From: Octopus vulgaris
Lineage: Eukaryota
Direction: 5' to 3'
Assembly: GCA_951406725.2 (NCBI GenBank)
Contig: OX597834.1
Location: 17,484,001 to 17,548,000, forward strand
Length of the DNA: 64,000 nucleotides
Both the position numbers and the translations under genes were made by a program. Numbering within the stretch: the first letter of the stretch is position 1; the number at the start of each line of letters is the position of its first letter. Below the pieces are notes generated by a model, which was not told the origin of the DNA, did not search any database, and was given only the letters and a program-made list of their open reading frames with translations. Positions 23,143-36,454 of this stretch are shown here, piece after piece.

Positions 23143-24039
23143 GCGCTGCTGAAATCAGGTTACTTCTCATATGCTCATGCATCTTCTATGCTATCAAATA
23201 CAGCATGAAAGTTCAGGACGTATCTGACCTGTACAGAGATCATATTCACTGCTGTCTATCATTGAGAAAGTTTCTCAGTTTAGGTAAAATGGGTTTAAAA
23301 GACATCAACAGTCATTTCAAAGCAACCCCTGGCAGAAGCGGTGAATGCATTTCTAGCTTCTTTGCTATCATCTGCACCTTGTACAGCAAGAGAGACAACC
23401 ATGAAATGACTTTCAGAATTTTGTTTTTGCAATCTGACAACATGGTTTGATTTGAGGCTGAAATGAAGTCACTCAGATGAGATGGAAAAATATATTGTTA
23501 TTAAAAAAGACCTTTTAATCTGTATTAGGAGTCTGTGTAATAACTAGCTTGCTGTATAACCTGCTTACTGTGTTTGCCTTTCTCTTTTAGTAAATACTAG
23601 CAAGCTCGCTGGCAAAATATTTATAGAGTTGATTTGCTTGTTGCATGGACATGACTGATGATAATTAATCAACAAACTTGATTAACCTTCTCGAATATCT
23701 AAAATGAAACTTTAACTTCAGTCCATAGTTATTTTCGCAAACAAGCATAAAATATATATAACCATGCAACCAAGCCCCCAACCCTCCAAAACTACTGGCC
23801 TTGGGCCTAAATTTGAAACCATTATTGTTACTGTTATCTTAATAACAGTTTATTATGATATTATTATGGCTGGCACAGTTGGTAGTGTACTGAGCAGTGA
23901 TTAATTTTGCTGATTAATGACCAAGTTCAAATCCTGTCAGTTAGTTTCAACATTGTTTTCTTTTTTCCCCACCATTGTCTGCAACAGACCCCCCCCCCCA
24001 TCATCATCATCATCATCATCAATCATCAATCATCAATCA

Positions 24040-24075
<36 letters not shown>

Positions 24076-24089
24076 TTCTTCTTCTTCTT

Positions 24090-24265
24090 CTTCTAACATC
24101 TGCTTTCCATGCTGGCATGGGTTAGACAGTTTGACTGGAACTGGTAAACCAGAATGCTGTACCAGGTTCCAGTCTGATTTGGCATGGTTTCTATGGCTGG
24201 ATGCCCTTCACAATACCAACCAATCCAAGAGAGTGATGGGCGCTTTTTACGTGTCACCAGCATGG
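24090..24265 (-). mobile_element. Family D RTE 3' end with (GAT)n-derived tail
   Basis: Reverse of the D consensus, next to (CAT)n at 24000-24075. Confidence 0.8.
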
Positions 24266-24466
24266 ATGTCATTTCACTGGCAATGGCCAGGCTACAGTTG
24301 CTCCAACATATCATCTATGTGTTTGTGTGTGTACGTGTACAATTTCTATTATACTATAGAAATTTATACAGCTCTAGTGGTATGTGGATTAATGAATAAT
24401 TGTCACATACTATATTTACATAATATCAAGGTCTCTTTCATTCTTTTGTTGTCTTACCATTACTAT

Positions 24467-24524
<58 letters not shown>

Positions 24525-24527
<3 letters not shown>

Positions 24528-24834
24528 TGATGGGCTTCTTTCAGTTTTCGTCTACCAAATCCACTCACAAGGGTTTTGGTCGGCCTGAGGCTGTAGTGGT
24601 AGACACTTGTCTAAGGTGCCACACAGTGGGACTGAACTAGGAACTATGTGGTTGGGAATCAAGCTTCTTACCCCTCAGCCACTCTTGCGTGAAGAGCTTC
24701 CAGCTGTAGAAACTCTGCCAGATCAAGATTGGAGCCTGGTGCAGCCATCTGGCTCGCCAGCCCTCAGTCAAAATCGTCCAGCCCATGCTAGCATGGAAAG
24801 TAGACGTTAAACGATGATGATGATGATGATGATG

Positions 24835-24881
<47 letters not shown>

Positions 24882-25009
24882 CATGGTTCCGGGTTCAGTC
24901 CCAATGTGTGGCATCTTGGGCAAGTGTCTTCTGCTATAGCCCCAGGCCGACCAATGCCTTGTGAGTGGATTTGGTAGATGGAAACTGAAAGAAGCCTGTC
25001 GTATATATG

Positions 25010-25042
<33 letters not shown>

Positions 25043-25230
25043 TTGTCCCCCTAGCATTGCTTGACAACTGATGCTGGTGTGTTTACGTCCCCGTCACTTA
25101 GTGGTTCGGCAAAAAGAGGCCGATAGAATAAGTACTGGGCTTACAAAGAATAAGTCCCGGGGTCGAGTTGCTCGACTAAAGGCGGTGCTCCAGCATGGCC
25201 GCAGTCAATTGACTGAAACAAGTAAAAGAG
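24525..25230. mobile_element. Nested SINE A (-), family D 3' end (+) and SINE A (+)
   Basis: A head reverse 24525-24685, D 24690-24835, 5'-truncated A 24881-25230. Confidence 0.85.
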
Positions 25231-25664
25231 TATATATGTATATATCCCTGGTGTCCTGAAACCAACTGTTTTTTTTTTTTGTATGTCTTTTTGTTTGTCT
25301 CGTAACAAAAATGCCAGTCACTTGAATTGTGTTGTGTGTGGGAATCTTCAAACAAAGAACTGTAACATTGTTTCTTCTGCTGACTAAGAAGAATCTACTT
25401 TCTTTTCTTTCTTGCTTGCTTTCTGTTTGTAAATCTAAGATATATATATTTTTTTAACTTGGTTCTTTCATGAGCAGGAGAAGAATAAAAAAGCCGAAAA
25501 GCAAATAAAAAGAGCATAATTTAGAGAAATAGTAATACAGGGATCTATTGACTGATATCTTAATGTGTGAAGTGGGTTATTTTATTTCCTGCTTTAGTAT
25601 TAAATGAATAATCTTGTATTGTATTTTAACTTTAACCATGTATGAACCAATATGTTAGCCTCAG

Positions 25665-26010
25665 CTCTCTCTCTCTCTCTTAGCTATGTCTCTCTCTCTC
25701 TCTCTCTTAGCTATGTCTCTCTCTCTCTCTCTCAGTTATGTCTGTCTCTCTCTTTCAGCTGTGTGTATCTCTTTCTCTCTCTCACATCTCTCTCTCTCAC
25801 ATCTCTCTCTCTCACATCTCGCTCTCTCACATCTCTCTCTCTCACATCTCTCTCTCTCACATCTCGCTCTCTCACATCTCTCTCTCTCTCACATCTTTCT
25901 CTCTCTCTCACATCTCTCTCTCTCTCTCTCTCTCTCTCACATCTCTCTCTCTCTTATATCTCTCTCTCTCTCAGCTGTCTCTCTCTTGCAGCTCTCTCCC
26001 TCTCTCACAG
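25665..26010. repeat. (CT)n tract with 15-bp higher-order unit cacatctctctctct
   Basis: Direct reading. Confidence 0.9.
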
Positions 26011-26195
26011 CCCCTCCCCCCATTAGTGCTGTCAAATTCAATTTACTTGGTTACTGAAATGAGAGAAGCTGCAATCTTATATTGTCTCCGTCTCTCACCA
26101 CCAGAATCTGTTGAACAACATCATAGACTTAGCTTTTTTTTAAAGATGCTTCTTCTTTATCATTATTAGTTGGATAATGATGAAACTTTTACACT

Positions 26196-26236
<41 letters not shown>

Positions 26237-26286
26237 CTGTGTGCATACACATATATATTGTGTATGTTTGTGTTTGTGTGTATATA

Positions 26287-26321
<35 letters not shown>

Positions 26322-26550
26322 GTATAAATGTTTATATATATGTATGTGTATATATAGATGTGTGTGTATATATATATGTGAGTGTGTGTGTATATATATA
26401 TATATATGTATATATGTTTATATATATGTCTGTGTATATATAGATGTGTGTGTATATATATATATATGTATATATGTTTATATATATGTCTGTGTATATA
26501 TAGATGTGTGTGTATATATATATATGTGTGTGTGTGTGTACATATGTATG
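26196..26550. repeat. (TA/TG)n tract with ~60-bp higher-order duplication
   Basis: Lines 26401 and 26461 are identical. Confidence 0.9.
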
Positions 26551-26957
26551 TTTTAGTTGACTGTTGTCTGTTGCTACAAAATCATACACAAATAGGTTAC
26601 AGTAATTATTGAAGGATGAAGAAAAAAACGTGAAAGAGAAATGGCTTTTGCACAGAAAAACCCAGACATTTAGATAATCAAAATGACAATGCTTTTTTTT
26701 TTTTTTTTAGCTTACGCTGCACCCCTGCACCCCTTCATTAAGCAAATAAATAAATAAATTGCACAAATTGGTAGAGGCATCACTATGTGGATAATAAGTT
26801 TGCTTTGTGACCATGTGATTTCAGGTTCAGTTCTGCGTGGCACCTTGAGCAAGTTTCTTTTTTCTACTGCAGTCTTGGCTCAACCAGTGCCAGTTGAATT
26901 GGCGCTGATGGAAACTACAGAAGCCCATCATGTGCACACATGTGTGATGTGTGTGTT

Positions 26958-26994
<37 letters not shown>

Positions 26995-27221
26995 AACGCA
27001 AGTGTTGACAGTCTGCAATTAACTACAGCTAATTAATACAGGGTATTGGTTAATTTTCTGAATATCCTGCTCGTAAAACACTAAGCATTAATGGGTTAAA
27101 AAGGAAAAATTAAATGTTTAAGATAGATAAATGAAAGAATGGTTGTTACAAGATCTGCAGCAAGGCTTCAGGGAATGACAATATGACTGTTTTTAAGGAA
27201 AGGCTTTTACAGTCACAAAAT

Positions 27222-27982
27222 CAGTGGTTTTCAACCGGGGTCCATATAATCCCTGGAAATCCATATAAGATGTTTGGAGGGTCACGCTAGCAATATAGTA
27301 AATTGGGAATCTGCAGTAGTATTTTAAAGGTCCATGTGAAGTTTTGGTTTAAATGTATGTATTGCAAGAAGCATCTAGGAATTTTCTCCATGATGGAACA
27401 CAGTGAATGGCTTGCTTATGGAATGTGCCAGAAGGATATTTGCAGCTGGGTTTCTTTCTCTGATATTTTATATAGTTCAACCTATACAAGTGAACATGTG
27501 ATAAACAAAATTGGAGTTTTGAAAGAAGAATTCAAGCACCTTTTGAGCATTGGGTCTCACAGAGGTAATGGCAAATGACTGAGGCCTTTGGCAATATGCT
27601 TTGCTTGAGAAGACCCTGCAAGCCAAGTGAAATCATAGCTGTGACAGATACTGGTGTCACGCAACTGGCACCTACCTGTACCAGTGGCACATAAAATCAC
27701 CCAGTACACTCTCTGAGTGGTTGGTGTTGGGAAGGGCACCCAGTTGTGGAAAGCATGCCAAATCAGACTGGAGTCTTGTGCAGCCCCTCAGCCTTCCAGC
27801 CCTGGTCAAACCATCCAACCCATGCCAGCGTGGACAACAGACATTAAATAATGACGATGATGATGATGATGATGATGATGAATCTATGAAATTAGTTCTT
27901 AAACATTGAATGGCTATGGGTTCCACCAGGATAAAATGGTAGACAAAGGGGTTCATAGGTTAGAAATGGTTAAGAACTACTG
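27222..27982. mobile_element. hAT-type MITE interrupted by an RTE fragment
   Basis: TIR-like ends cagtggttttcaacc ... ggttaagaactactg. Confidence 0.55.
27530..27881 (+). pseudogene. RTE LINE ORF end joined to the family D 3' UTR
   Basis: ALGLTEVMAND*GLWQYALLEKTLQAK* runs straight into the D sequence and (GAT)n tail. Confidence 0.75.
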
Positions 27983-28404
27983 ATCTAAATGCTTTCTTAT
28001 AAAAACCTCACAGAACTTACATAGTTACCAGTTTTTCAGATAGTCATCTCCTATTGTGAACAATTCTATTTCTGTTGAACAAATCCTGTTTCAAAATATT
28101 AACCTGTTTCAAAATATTAACCTGTGTATTATTAAATATTAATATTGACTGATATTTCTTATCTTTTCCCTTGTTATCTCATCTAATTTAAGAATGGAAT
28201 TCATATTGTTCACATTAATGTTGTTGTTGTTCACAAGAAGGTTATATTAACGAGTGAATATTCATATTTATTTATGAATATATTTTCACTTTCCAAACCG
28301 GTGTTAAATGTCTGGGATATAATTTAGTTTTTTAGTATTTAAACTGGCCATAATCTGACCCGAATATTCTTCCTGTTTTCTGTTCAAACTGGCCAGATCT
28401 GATG

Positions 28405-28650
28405 TCCCTCAAGTGAAGACCTTTCCTCTCCCGGGTTGTTGGTTTGAATTGTCATCAATGCTTCCGTATCTTTGTTTTTTTCTTCTTGGGAAGAAGTGCT
28501 CCATATTTGTCTGGTCTCTGTTCAATCCTTTGACCCATTTAGCTTGGCAGGTCCTACCAAGAACTTGTGCCCCACTGGCTTAGCTCTTAGGGTCATTGAG
28601 GCTCGAGCCACCACATCACAACAAGGACTGGATCTTGTGGTGGTTTTGAC
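28405..28650 (-). mobile_element. RTE-type 5' UTR module (BovB/Bov-A-like)
   Basis: Minus strand ccttgttgtgatgtgg...gcctcaatgaccctaagagctaagcc...ggtagg...gggtcaaagg...gagaccagac resembles the conserved RTE 5' region. Confidence 0.55.
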
Positions 28651-29810
28651 TAAGTACACTTAGATAATCTTTGTAAAGGGAAGAATATTATAAATTTAAT
28701 GAAACCCAGTATATTACTATCATTATTACTGGCTCAAAATTGGTTATACATTTATGATACACAAAATATTAAAATTTTCTTTTTGTACAATTCCTAATAA
28801 TATTTCATTCTCAAAATATAACAGGATTTTTAAAAACATCAGATGTCTATGAAGGTCCACCACAGTAATGCCGGAATCAAAGGGGTTCATAAGTAGGAAA
28901 ATGGTTGAGAACCACTGCTCTGGATAGATGAAAGGTGCAATTAATCCCTGGAAATGATTTTCTTCATAAAAAAAAAAAAAAAAAAGAATGCAAAGCTCAG
29001 CACAAAATGTTATTTACAAAACCAGACATTGCCATCACTTATTACCTGGTCTAACAACTGTGTGTATAAGCTTATTTAATTCTGTCTATCTATATCTCCC
29101 TGTTGTAATTGAAGTTAATAAATTGTATTCAGTTTCTACTGACGTGGATATTTTGTCTATAAGCAACTAGTTGCAGATTTCCTTCCAGCAATTGGAATAT
29201 TTTGCAGTTTCTGTCCAACAGTTCTGCTTCAGCATTCTACAATTTGTACGGATTTATTATTATAAGGCCTGAATGTTTTTATTAATTAATTTGTTTATTA
29301 ATTATCAATTCTAGTTTGACTATTTTTGTTTCGTTTTTCTTGCAGTTTGGTTACAAGTATCTTAAAGCTATGTAGTTCCTTACCCATTTCAACATTTTAG
29401 TACTGTCCAAACTTGTTTCAACTAGGAAGCAATTAAGGTTATTTTTAATGAAATGTAATAATTAGATAATTTCATTTCCATTCATTAGGCGGATTTTGGG
29501 ATGGGGCAATGCAGCGGGAGAAGTTTTAGACAAAGAAAAACAAAAGAAACATTATTTCTAACTCAAATGTTTTGCTGTGTTTCTCTTATTTTGGGTGATT
29601 GATGGTTTCTATTGTTGCTTCACTGAGATTATCAGTTGCGTTGAAAGTAGAGCGATGGTGATTACAAACTTTAATTTAGTTCTTTAAAGTGCTCAATTAT
29701 GAATCCAAAAATAGGAGGTTCAAATATTGCTTAAGCCTTTTGACACCAATCCACTCAAAACTAGTCTTGGTTTTTTGATTCTTAAGTGCCTGTTTTAAAG
29801 TTAAACTTTC

Positions 29811-30236
29811 CTACTTACTTTTACTTACTTTTACTTGTTTCAGTCATTTGACTGCGGCCATGCTGGAGCACCGCCTTTTAGTCAAGCAAATTGACCCCAG
29901 GACTTATTGTTTGTAAGCCCAGTACTTATTCTATCGGTGTCTTTTGCCGAACTGCTAAGTAACGGGGACGTAAACATACCAGCATCGGTTGTCAAGTGAT
30001 GCTAGGGGGACAAACACAGACACACAAACATATACACACACATACATACATACATATATATATACATATATACAACAGGCTTCTTTCAGTTTCCGTCTAC
30101 CAAATCCACTCACAAGGCGTTGGTCGGCCCGAGGCTATAGCAGAAGACACTTGTCCAAGATGCCATGCAGTGAGACTGAACCCGGAACCATGTGGTTGGT
30201 AAGCAAGCTACTTACCACACAGCCACTCCTGCGCCT
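29811..30236 (-). mobile_element. SINE family A, full length, inside a family E MITE
   Basis: Near-consensus; MITE halves at 29732-29810 and 30237-30300. Confidence 0.9.
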
Positions 30237-30300
30237 TCCATCAACATTTCATGTTGAATTATGTTCCAATCACCAGCTTAATACGGACAGTTATTTTACG

Positions 30301-31092
30301 AGGCATAGCTGTGTGGTAAGAAGCTTGCTTTCCAAATACATGGTTCCAGGTTCAGTTCCACTGCATGACACCTTGGGCAAGTGTCTCTTACTATAGCCTC
30401 AGGCTGACCAAAGCCTTGTGAGTGGATTTGGTTGATGGAAACTGAAAGAATCCTAGATGCCTGTCGTGTGTGTGTTTGTGTGTATATATTTACATTTATA
30501 TATTTTATAAGCTTAAAGCTTATAAGTAACCACTGTGTATTGACTAAAGAAAACGGTCTAATATTGGGGCATATAAGTCCTTGATGGAAAAGAGTAGGGT
30601 CTCCGTCAAGGGATTATATGCCCCAATGTTAAACTATTTTCTTTAGTCATTACATGGTGATCACTTAGAAGATTTAACCCTTTTGATACCAACCCGGCAG
30701 AAACCGGCTCTGGCCCTGTAGTACAAAATGTCTTGTTTTCATAAGTTCTGAATTAAAATCTTCCACGAAACCTTAGTCACAATTTATGTTCCTAACACTA
30801 GCTGAAAGATAACGAAGTTATTTTGCTAAATTCCTTGTTATATTTAAAATTAATTGACAGAAACACAGAGCATCTCAATAGAAATACAGTAACAAAAGGG
30901 TTAAGCATAAAAAATATATATATCCCACAACCTGCTTGACAAGTGGTGTTGGTGTGTTTACATCCCTGTAACTTAGCAGTGTGGCAGTAGGCTTAAAAAA
31001 GAAAATGTGTTTTTAGTTGATTCATTTGACTTAGAATTCTTCAGGGTGGTACCCCAGAATGGCTGCAGTCCAATGACTTATACAAATAAATG
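30301..31092 (+). mobile_element. SINE family A hosting a foldback and a nested MITE
   Basis: Head 30301-30450, 3' half 30925-31092. Confidence 0.85.
30678..30900. mobile_element. piggyBac-type MITE (family E) with TTAA TSD
   Basis: TTAA-cccttttgatac ... gtaacaaaaggg-TTAA. Confidence 0.85.
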
Positions 31093-31245
31093 AAATTTTT
31101 TCCAAAGTCATTTAAAGCAAAGAGAGTGTATTTCAATAAAAGTGTGGTTATGAAAAGGTTAATTAAAATATTTTGCATTATACCTCTATGTGAGAGATTA
31201 TGAGTCTTGCCTCAGTTCGTTAGAAGTGTCTGAGGCAACCATTAA

Positions 31246-31466
31246 CCCTTTCATTACCAACCCGGCCAAAACCGCCTCTGGCTCTGTAATACAATTGTCC
31301 TGTTTTCTTAAGTTTTGAATTAAAATCTTCCACCAAACCTTAGTCACAATTTACGCTACAAACACTAGCTTAATGGTAACTAAGTTATTTTACTAAATTC
31401 TTCGTTATATTTAAAATAATTGAAAGAAACACAGAGCATTTCAAAATAAATACGGTAATGAAAGGG
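31246..31466. mobile_element. piggyBac-type MITE (family E) with perfect 13-bp TIR and TTAA TSD
   Basis: TTAA-ccctttcattacc ... ggtaatgaaaggg-TTAA. Confidence 0.9.
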
Positions 31467-31751
31467 TTAAGTAAGTGTTGGAAGTTTGTGGAGCTGTTTA
31501 CTTTGTTGACGAGTAAAGGATTTTGTCTCTGTTGCCTAAGAAGACTAGATTTGAAGCATGTGTAAGAAAAAGTGTGATGATGTGTGATAAAGTAAGATGT
31601 AGATGCAGACGAATGAATGCGTGTGAAGATCAGAGAGAAATTAATTTTTGCTGGATGTGTTGTAATACTAACTTATGTGTGAAAAATTGGAACACATCAA
31701 GATGGAAAAGTCAGTGGTTGCACATTATTAAACACGATAACCAGATATGTG

Positions 31752-31754
<3 letters not shown>

Positions 31755-31795
<41 letters not shown>

Positions 31796-31911
31796 TATGT
31801 GTGTGTGTGTTTGTGTGTGTGTGTGTATGTATGTATATGTATGTGTGTATATATGTATGTATATATACGTATATATATATATGTATGTATATATATAAAT
31901 GTATGTATGTA

Positions 31912-31964
<53 letters not shown>

Positions 31965-32107
31965 GTATATATATATATGTATATATGTATGTATATATAT
32001 ATATATGTATATATGTATGTATGTATATATATATGTATGTATGTATGTATATATATATGTATGTATGTATATATATATGTATGTATGTATGTATATATAT
32101 ATGTATG

Positions 32108-32139
<32 letters not shown>

Positions 32140-32157
32140 TATATATATATATATATG

Positions 32158-32226
<69 letters not shown>

Positions 32227-32424
32227 GTGTGTCTATATATTCATGTGTGTGTGTATATATGCATGTAGTATATATGTGTGCATGTGTATGTGTGTATATA
32301 TGCATGTAGTATATATGTGTGCATGTGTATGTGTGTATATATGCGTGTGTATATACGCGTATACGCGTTTATGTGTGTATGTGTTTGTATGTATATATCT
32401 GTTTGTGTGTGTGTGTGTGTGTGT
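31755..32424. repeat. Long compound (TG)/(TA)/(TATG) microsatellite
   Basis: Direct reading; explains ORF 31523..32449. Confidence 0.95.
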
Positions 32425-33059
32425 AGATTTTTTATGGCAGGAAATATGATTGCACTGTATTAATGGCTGTGTGATGGGGATGGTTAATGAGTGCTGGGGG
32501 TGGTGGTGAGAAAAGGAGGTGGAGGGGGGAGAGGCAGTGCACAGAGGACAGTTTTGATTGAAGAAAACAGAAAAAAGTTATGAGAGGAAGAAGTAATGAG
32601 AAGAGGTGTGTTGATGTTGTGCCTCAGAGATGAGGCGATAACGAAGTGAGAAGTGGCAATGAAATGGGGTATTGGCAGCAGAACCAGCTTAGCCATTCCA
32701 GCTGAGAAAAACCATGTGAAAATGATGATGATCATGATGATGGTGATTCATGGGTCTCAGTTATATTTTTGTTTCAGTTTACGATTTCTCCAAGAAATTA
32801 GCAGTTTTTTTCTTTTACTTTCTGTTCTTTTACTTTTTTTTTTTCGGGTTAAAGAGACTTTCTAGGGGCAGGCATGGTTACGTGGCATGATATTTGCTTC
32901 CCAATCAAATGGTTTTGGGTTCAGTCCCACTGCATAGGACCATGGGCATGTTTCTTCTACTATAGCCCCACATCAACCAAAGCCTTGTGAGTGGATTTAG
33001 TAGGCGGATTTGAATGAAGCCCATCATATACGTGTGTGTGTGTGTGTGTGTGTGTGTAT

Positions 33060-33416
33060 GGACCAAGATACTCAGTGTGTTGCTGTACTTGGCAAAGGAC
33101 CAAGATACTTGGCACCTTACTGTGCTTGACAAAGGACTGAGGTGTATGGTGCCTTTCTGTACTCTACAGCAGAAGTGTTAAGGCCGCTCCCCCTGGTGAA
33201 GAGGATTAGTCTACAAGAGTCCTTTGCCAGTGCCATGTAAAAGCACTCATGTGGTACCACATTAAAAGCACTCAGCACACACACTGTAAAGTGGTTGGCA
33301 TTAGAAATCATGCCAAACCAAACTGGAACCTGGTGCAGCTCTTCAGCTTGCCTGCTCTGGTCAAACCGTCCAACTCATGCCAGCTAGGACAATGAACATT
33401 AAATGATGATGATGAT
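33060..33416 (+). mobile_element. Family D RTE 3' end with repeated ORF-end motif
   Basis: ggaccaagatac-type motif three times, then the D tail. Confidence 0.65.
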
Positions 33417-34021
33417 AATACTATGATCAACATGAAGAGAAGTAGAGTCAATTATATTGCTTAAGGTTTCAGTACTTTGCATAAATGTAAGATGTGAACC
33501 CCTGGACATTACTGGCTTGACTCCTGGGACTCACAGGGCCAGTTACTCAGTTTCCGTGGTGTTTAAGTGACCAAGATCACAACATTCCACCTGGTTGGGA
33601 TGCCAGTCCTTTGCAGAGTTAGTCTTTTCCAGCTGAGTGGACAGAAGTGTTTGGAAATGAAGTGTTAAGTGTGCCAAAACTGCAAACACTTACAGACCAA
33701 ATGGCCTATATATTATAGATACGAGAACTGCCAAGAGAATATTTATAGAGCATTCTGTTACGTTGTTTTTATTGATTTCATAATTCTTGAATTATTTATT
33801 AACACAGTGTATAAAGCTATTTAAATTTGTGGGGAGGCATTGGCGGTGTTGATAGAGAACTTGACAAAATAACTTGTGCTCTTTGCTCACACCTCTTTAT
33901 GTTCAGAGTTCAAATCTCACTGTGGTAGACTTTAGCTTTTATCCTTTTAGGAACTCCTAAAATACACAGGGTTTGATTTTCATCAACTCTTTCGTCCCCA
34001 CCAAAATTTGTGGCTCTATAC

Positions 34022-34370
34022 CAGTGTATCTCAATGTTTTTCTTTTCCTATGGACCCCTTTGAAAGTTCCTATTTTACTCAGATGGTCCCCCATAGCCAT
34101 TCGATGTTTAAAAAATCCTATCATATTTTAAAAATTAAAGATTATTAGGACTTGTATAAAAATATTGCTAAAATATTTTGTGTATTCTTTTACTTGTTTT
34201 AGTTATAAGACTGTGGCCATGTTGGGGCACCACCTTGGAGAATTTTTAATTGAATGAATCAACCCATGTACTTATTGTTTTTTTAAAAGCCTTATACTTA
34301 TTCTATTGGTATCTTTTGCTGAGCTGCTAAGTTACAGGGTTGTAAACACAAAGTAACACATACACACACC

Positions 34371-34412
<42 letters not shown>

Positions 34413-35113
34413 TATCATCATTGTTTAACGTCTGTGATGATGATATCTATATATATGCACAATATATATACACACACAACAGACATCTTTCAGTTTCCAT
34501 CTTCCAGATCCACTCACTAGGCTTTGATTGGCTCAAGGCTATAGTAGAAAACACATGCCCAGTGTGCCATGTGGAAGGACTGATATCAGAACCATATAGT
34601 TGGGAAACAAGCTTCTTACGACACAGCTATAATTCTGTAAAAATATTGGGCACGTAAAAAGCACCAACTGATTGTGGCTGTTGCCAGCCTCCTCTGGCCT
34701 CTGTGCCGGTGGTACGTAAAAAGCACCTACTACACTCACAGAGTGGTTGGCATTAGGAAGGGCATCCAGCTGTAGAAACACTGCCAGATCAGACTGGAGC
34801 CTGGTGCAGCCTCCTGTGGCTCCTGTGCCAGTGGTACGTAAAAAGCACCTACTACACTCACAGAGTGGTTGGCATTAGGAAGGGCATCCAGCCGTAGAAA
34901 CACTGCCAGATCAGACTGGAGCCTGGTGCAGCCTTCTGGCTTCCCAGACTCCGGTCGAACCGTCCAACCCATGCTAGCATGGAAAATGGACGTTAAACGA
35001 TGATGATGATGATGATGATGATTTTGTATATTGTAGAAGTATAATCAATTTTATTGCCGATAAATTTTAACAGCAAAATCTTATATGGAACCCCAAGGGC
35101 TTAAGAACCACTG
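34022..35113. mobile_element. hAT-type MITE containing SINE A (-) and family D (+)
   Basis: cagtgtatctcaa ... ttaagaaccactg; SINE A 34186-34630; D 34648-35021 with a 122-bp tandem duplication. Confidence 0.65.
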
Positions 35114-35680
35114 CTTTATGTCAATAAATAAAGTGATGCAATTGAGTATCTCCTCCCTCAAATTTGTGCTCTCTTATTGATCTTAGAAATATCATAATCT
35201 ACACACACACCCATCTACTCAGTACCCTGACTGTATCAGTCCTAGACCAATCAAAGTGAATGCCAACCACTTAGACCACGAGGTTAGATAACATCTATTT
35301 GCTTGTACCCTCCCCCCGTTGCACTCCTTCCCCCACCCTTATTTTAAAGGCAGTAGAAGGAGCTTTATTGGGTATCTCTTTTTTTTCTTCTATTTTACTT
35401 GTTTCAGTCATTGGACTGTGGCCATGCTGGGGCACTGCCTTGAAGAGTTTTAGTTGAACAAATCAACCCTAGTACTTGTTTTTCTGCTTTGATGTTAAAA
35501 AAAGAAAAAGGATGCCTGGTACTTATTCTGTTGGTCTCTTTTGAAAATTTTGAAACTGCTAAGTTACAGGGACATAAACAAACCAACACTGGCTGTCAGG
35601 TGGTGGTGAAGGATAAACATGAAGATACACATCATTCACACATACACACACGTGTGTGTGAATATATATATGTATATATA

Positions 35681-35882
35681 AAGTTAATCCAAACATGAAA
35701 ACACAAAGAGAAAACACAACAACGCGAGGACGTGGAACAAATATAGTATTATTGGACGCTCAGAAAAGAAGGCAAGAAGGAGGGTTTAACGTTTCGAGCG
35801 GAGCTCTTCGTCGGAAACACAGGAGAAGGGAAGATCCAGAGAAGGGAAGACAGTGGGAAAAAAATTGCCAACGGTACACACC
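35681..35882 (-). mobile_element. Penelope-like terminal repeat fragment in (TA)n
   Basis: 200-bp unique segment flanked by TA repeats; carries the hammerhead below. Confidence 0.65.
35784..35818 (-). ncRNA. Minimal type I hammerhead motif (U4C core variant)
   Basis: GTTT-CCGACGA-A-GAGC tcc GCTC-GAAA-CG-TT-AAAC: stem I GTTT/AAAC, stem II GAGC/GCTC, palindromic AACGTT. Confidence 0.65.
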
Positions 35883-35902
35883 ATATATATATGTGTGTGT
35901 GT

Positions 35903-36182
35903 GTGAAGGTGCATGGCTTAGTGGTTAGGGTATTGCACTCACAATTGTGAGATCGAGGCTTCAGTTCCCAGATCAGGCATTGTGTTGTGATCTTCAGCAA
36001 AGCACTTCATTTCATGTTGCTTTGTGTCACATCGTGCACCTGTACAGAGGCAATGTCAATTTGATAGAAGGAACGAACTTCTGTGAACACAAACATTTGA
36101 CCAATATAAACAAATCATCTGTGTGATTGTTCTGCAAGAAATTGCAGGACCCTCATACATTGTTTAATGACGGGAGATTCCA
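35903..36182 (+). mobile_element. SINE family C
   Basis: gaaggtgcatggcttagtggttaggg head and cttcagcaaagcacttcatttca core. Confidence 0.75.
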
Positions 36183-36224
36183 TGATATAATGCATACAAG
36201 ATGGGCTTCTTTCAGTTTCTTTCT

Positions 36225-36454
36225 TATTTCTTTACTGCCCACAAGGGGCTAAACACCGAGAGGACTAACAAGGACAGACAAATGGATTAAGTTGATTATA
36301 TCGACCCCAGTGCGTAACTGGTACTTATTTAATCAACCCAGAAAGGTTGAAAGGCAAAGTCGACCTCGGCAGAATTTGAACTCAGAATGCAGCGGCAGAC
36401 GAAATACCGCTAAGTATTTCGCCTGACGTGCTAATGATTCTGCCAGCTCGCCAC
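36225..36454 (-). mobile_element. SINE family B (B2 tail) inserted in SINE A, 16-bp TSD
   Basis: ctttcagtttctttct on both sides. Confidence 0.9.

Noticed and set aside
23205-23450. 81-aa ORF in unique-looking sequence
   Set aside because: No recognisable domain or convincing splice context. A small host exon cannot be excluded without RNA-seq.
31523-32449. Longest ORFs (308 aa here; also 47390..48091, 62623..63375, 36992..37576)
   Set aside because: They are translations of TA/TG/TATG microsatellites, which lack stop codons; no protein signal.
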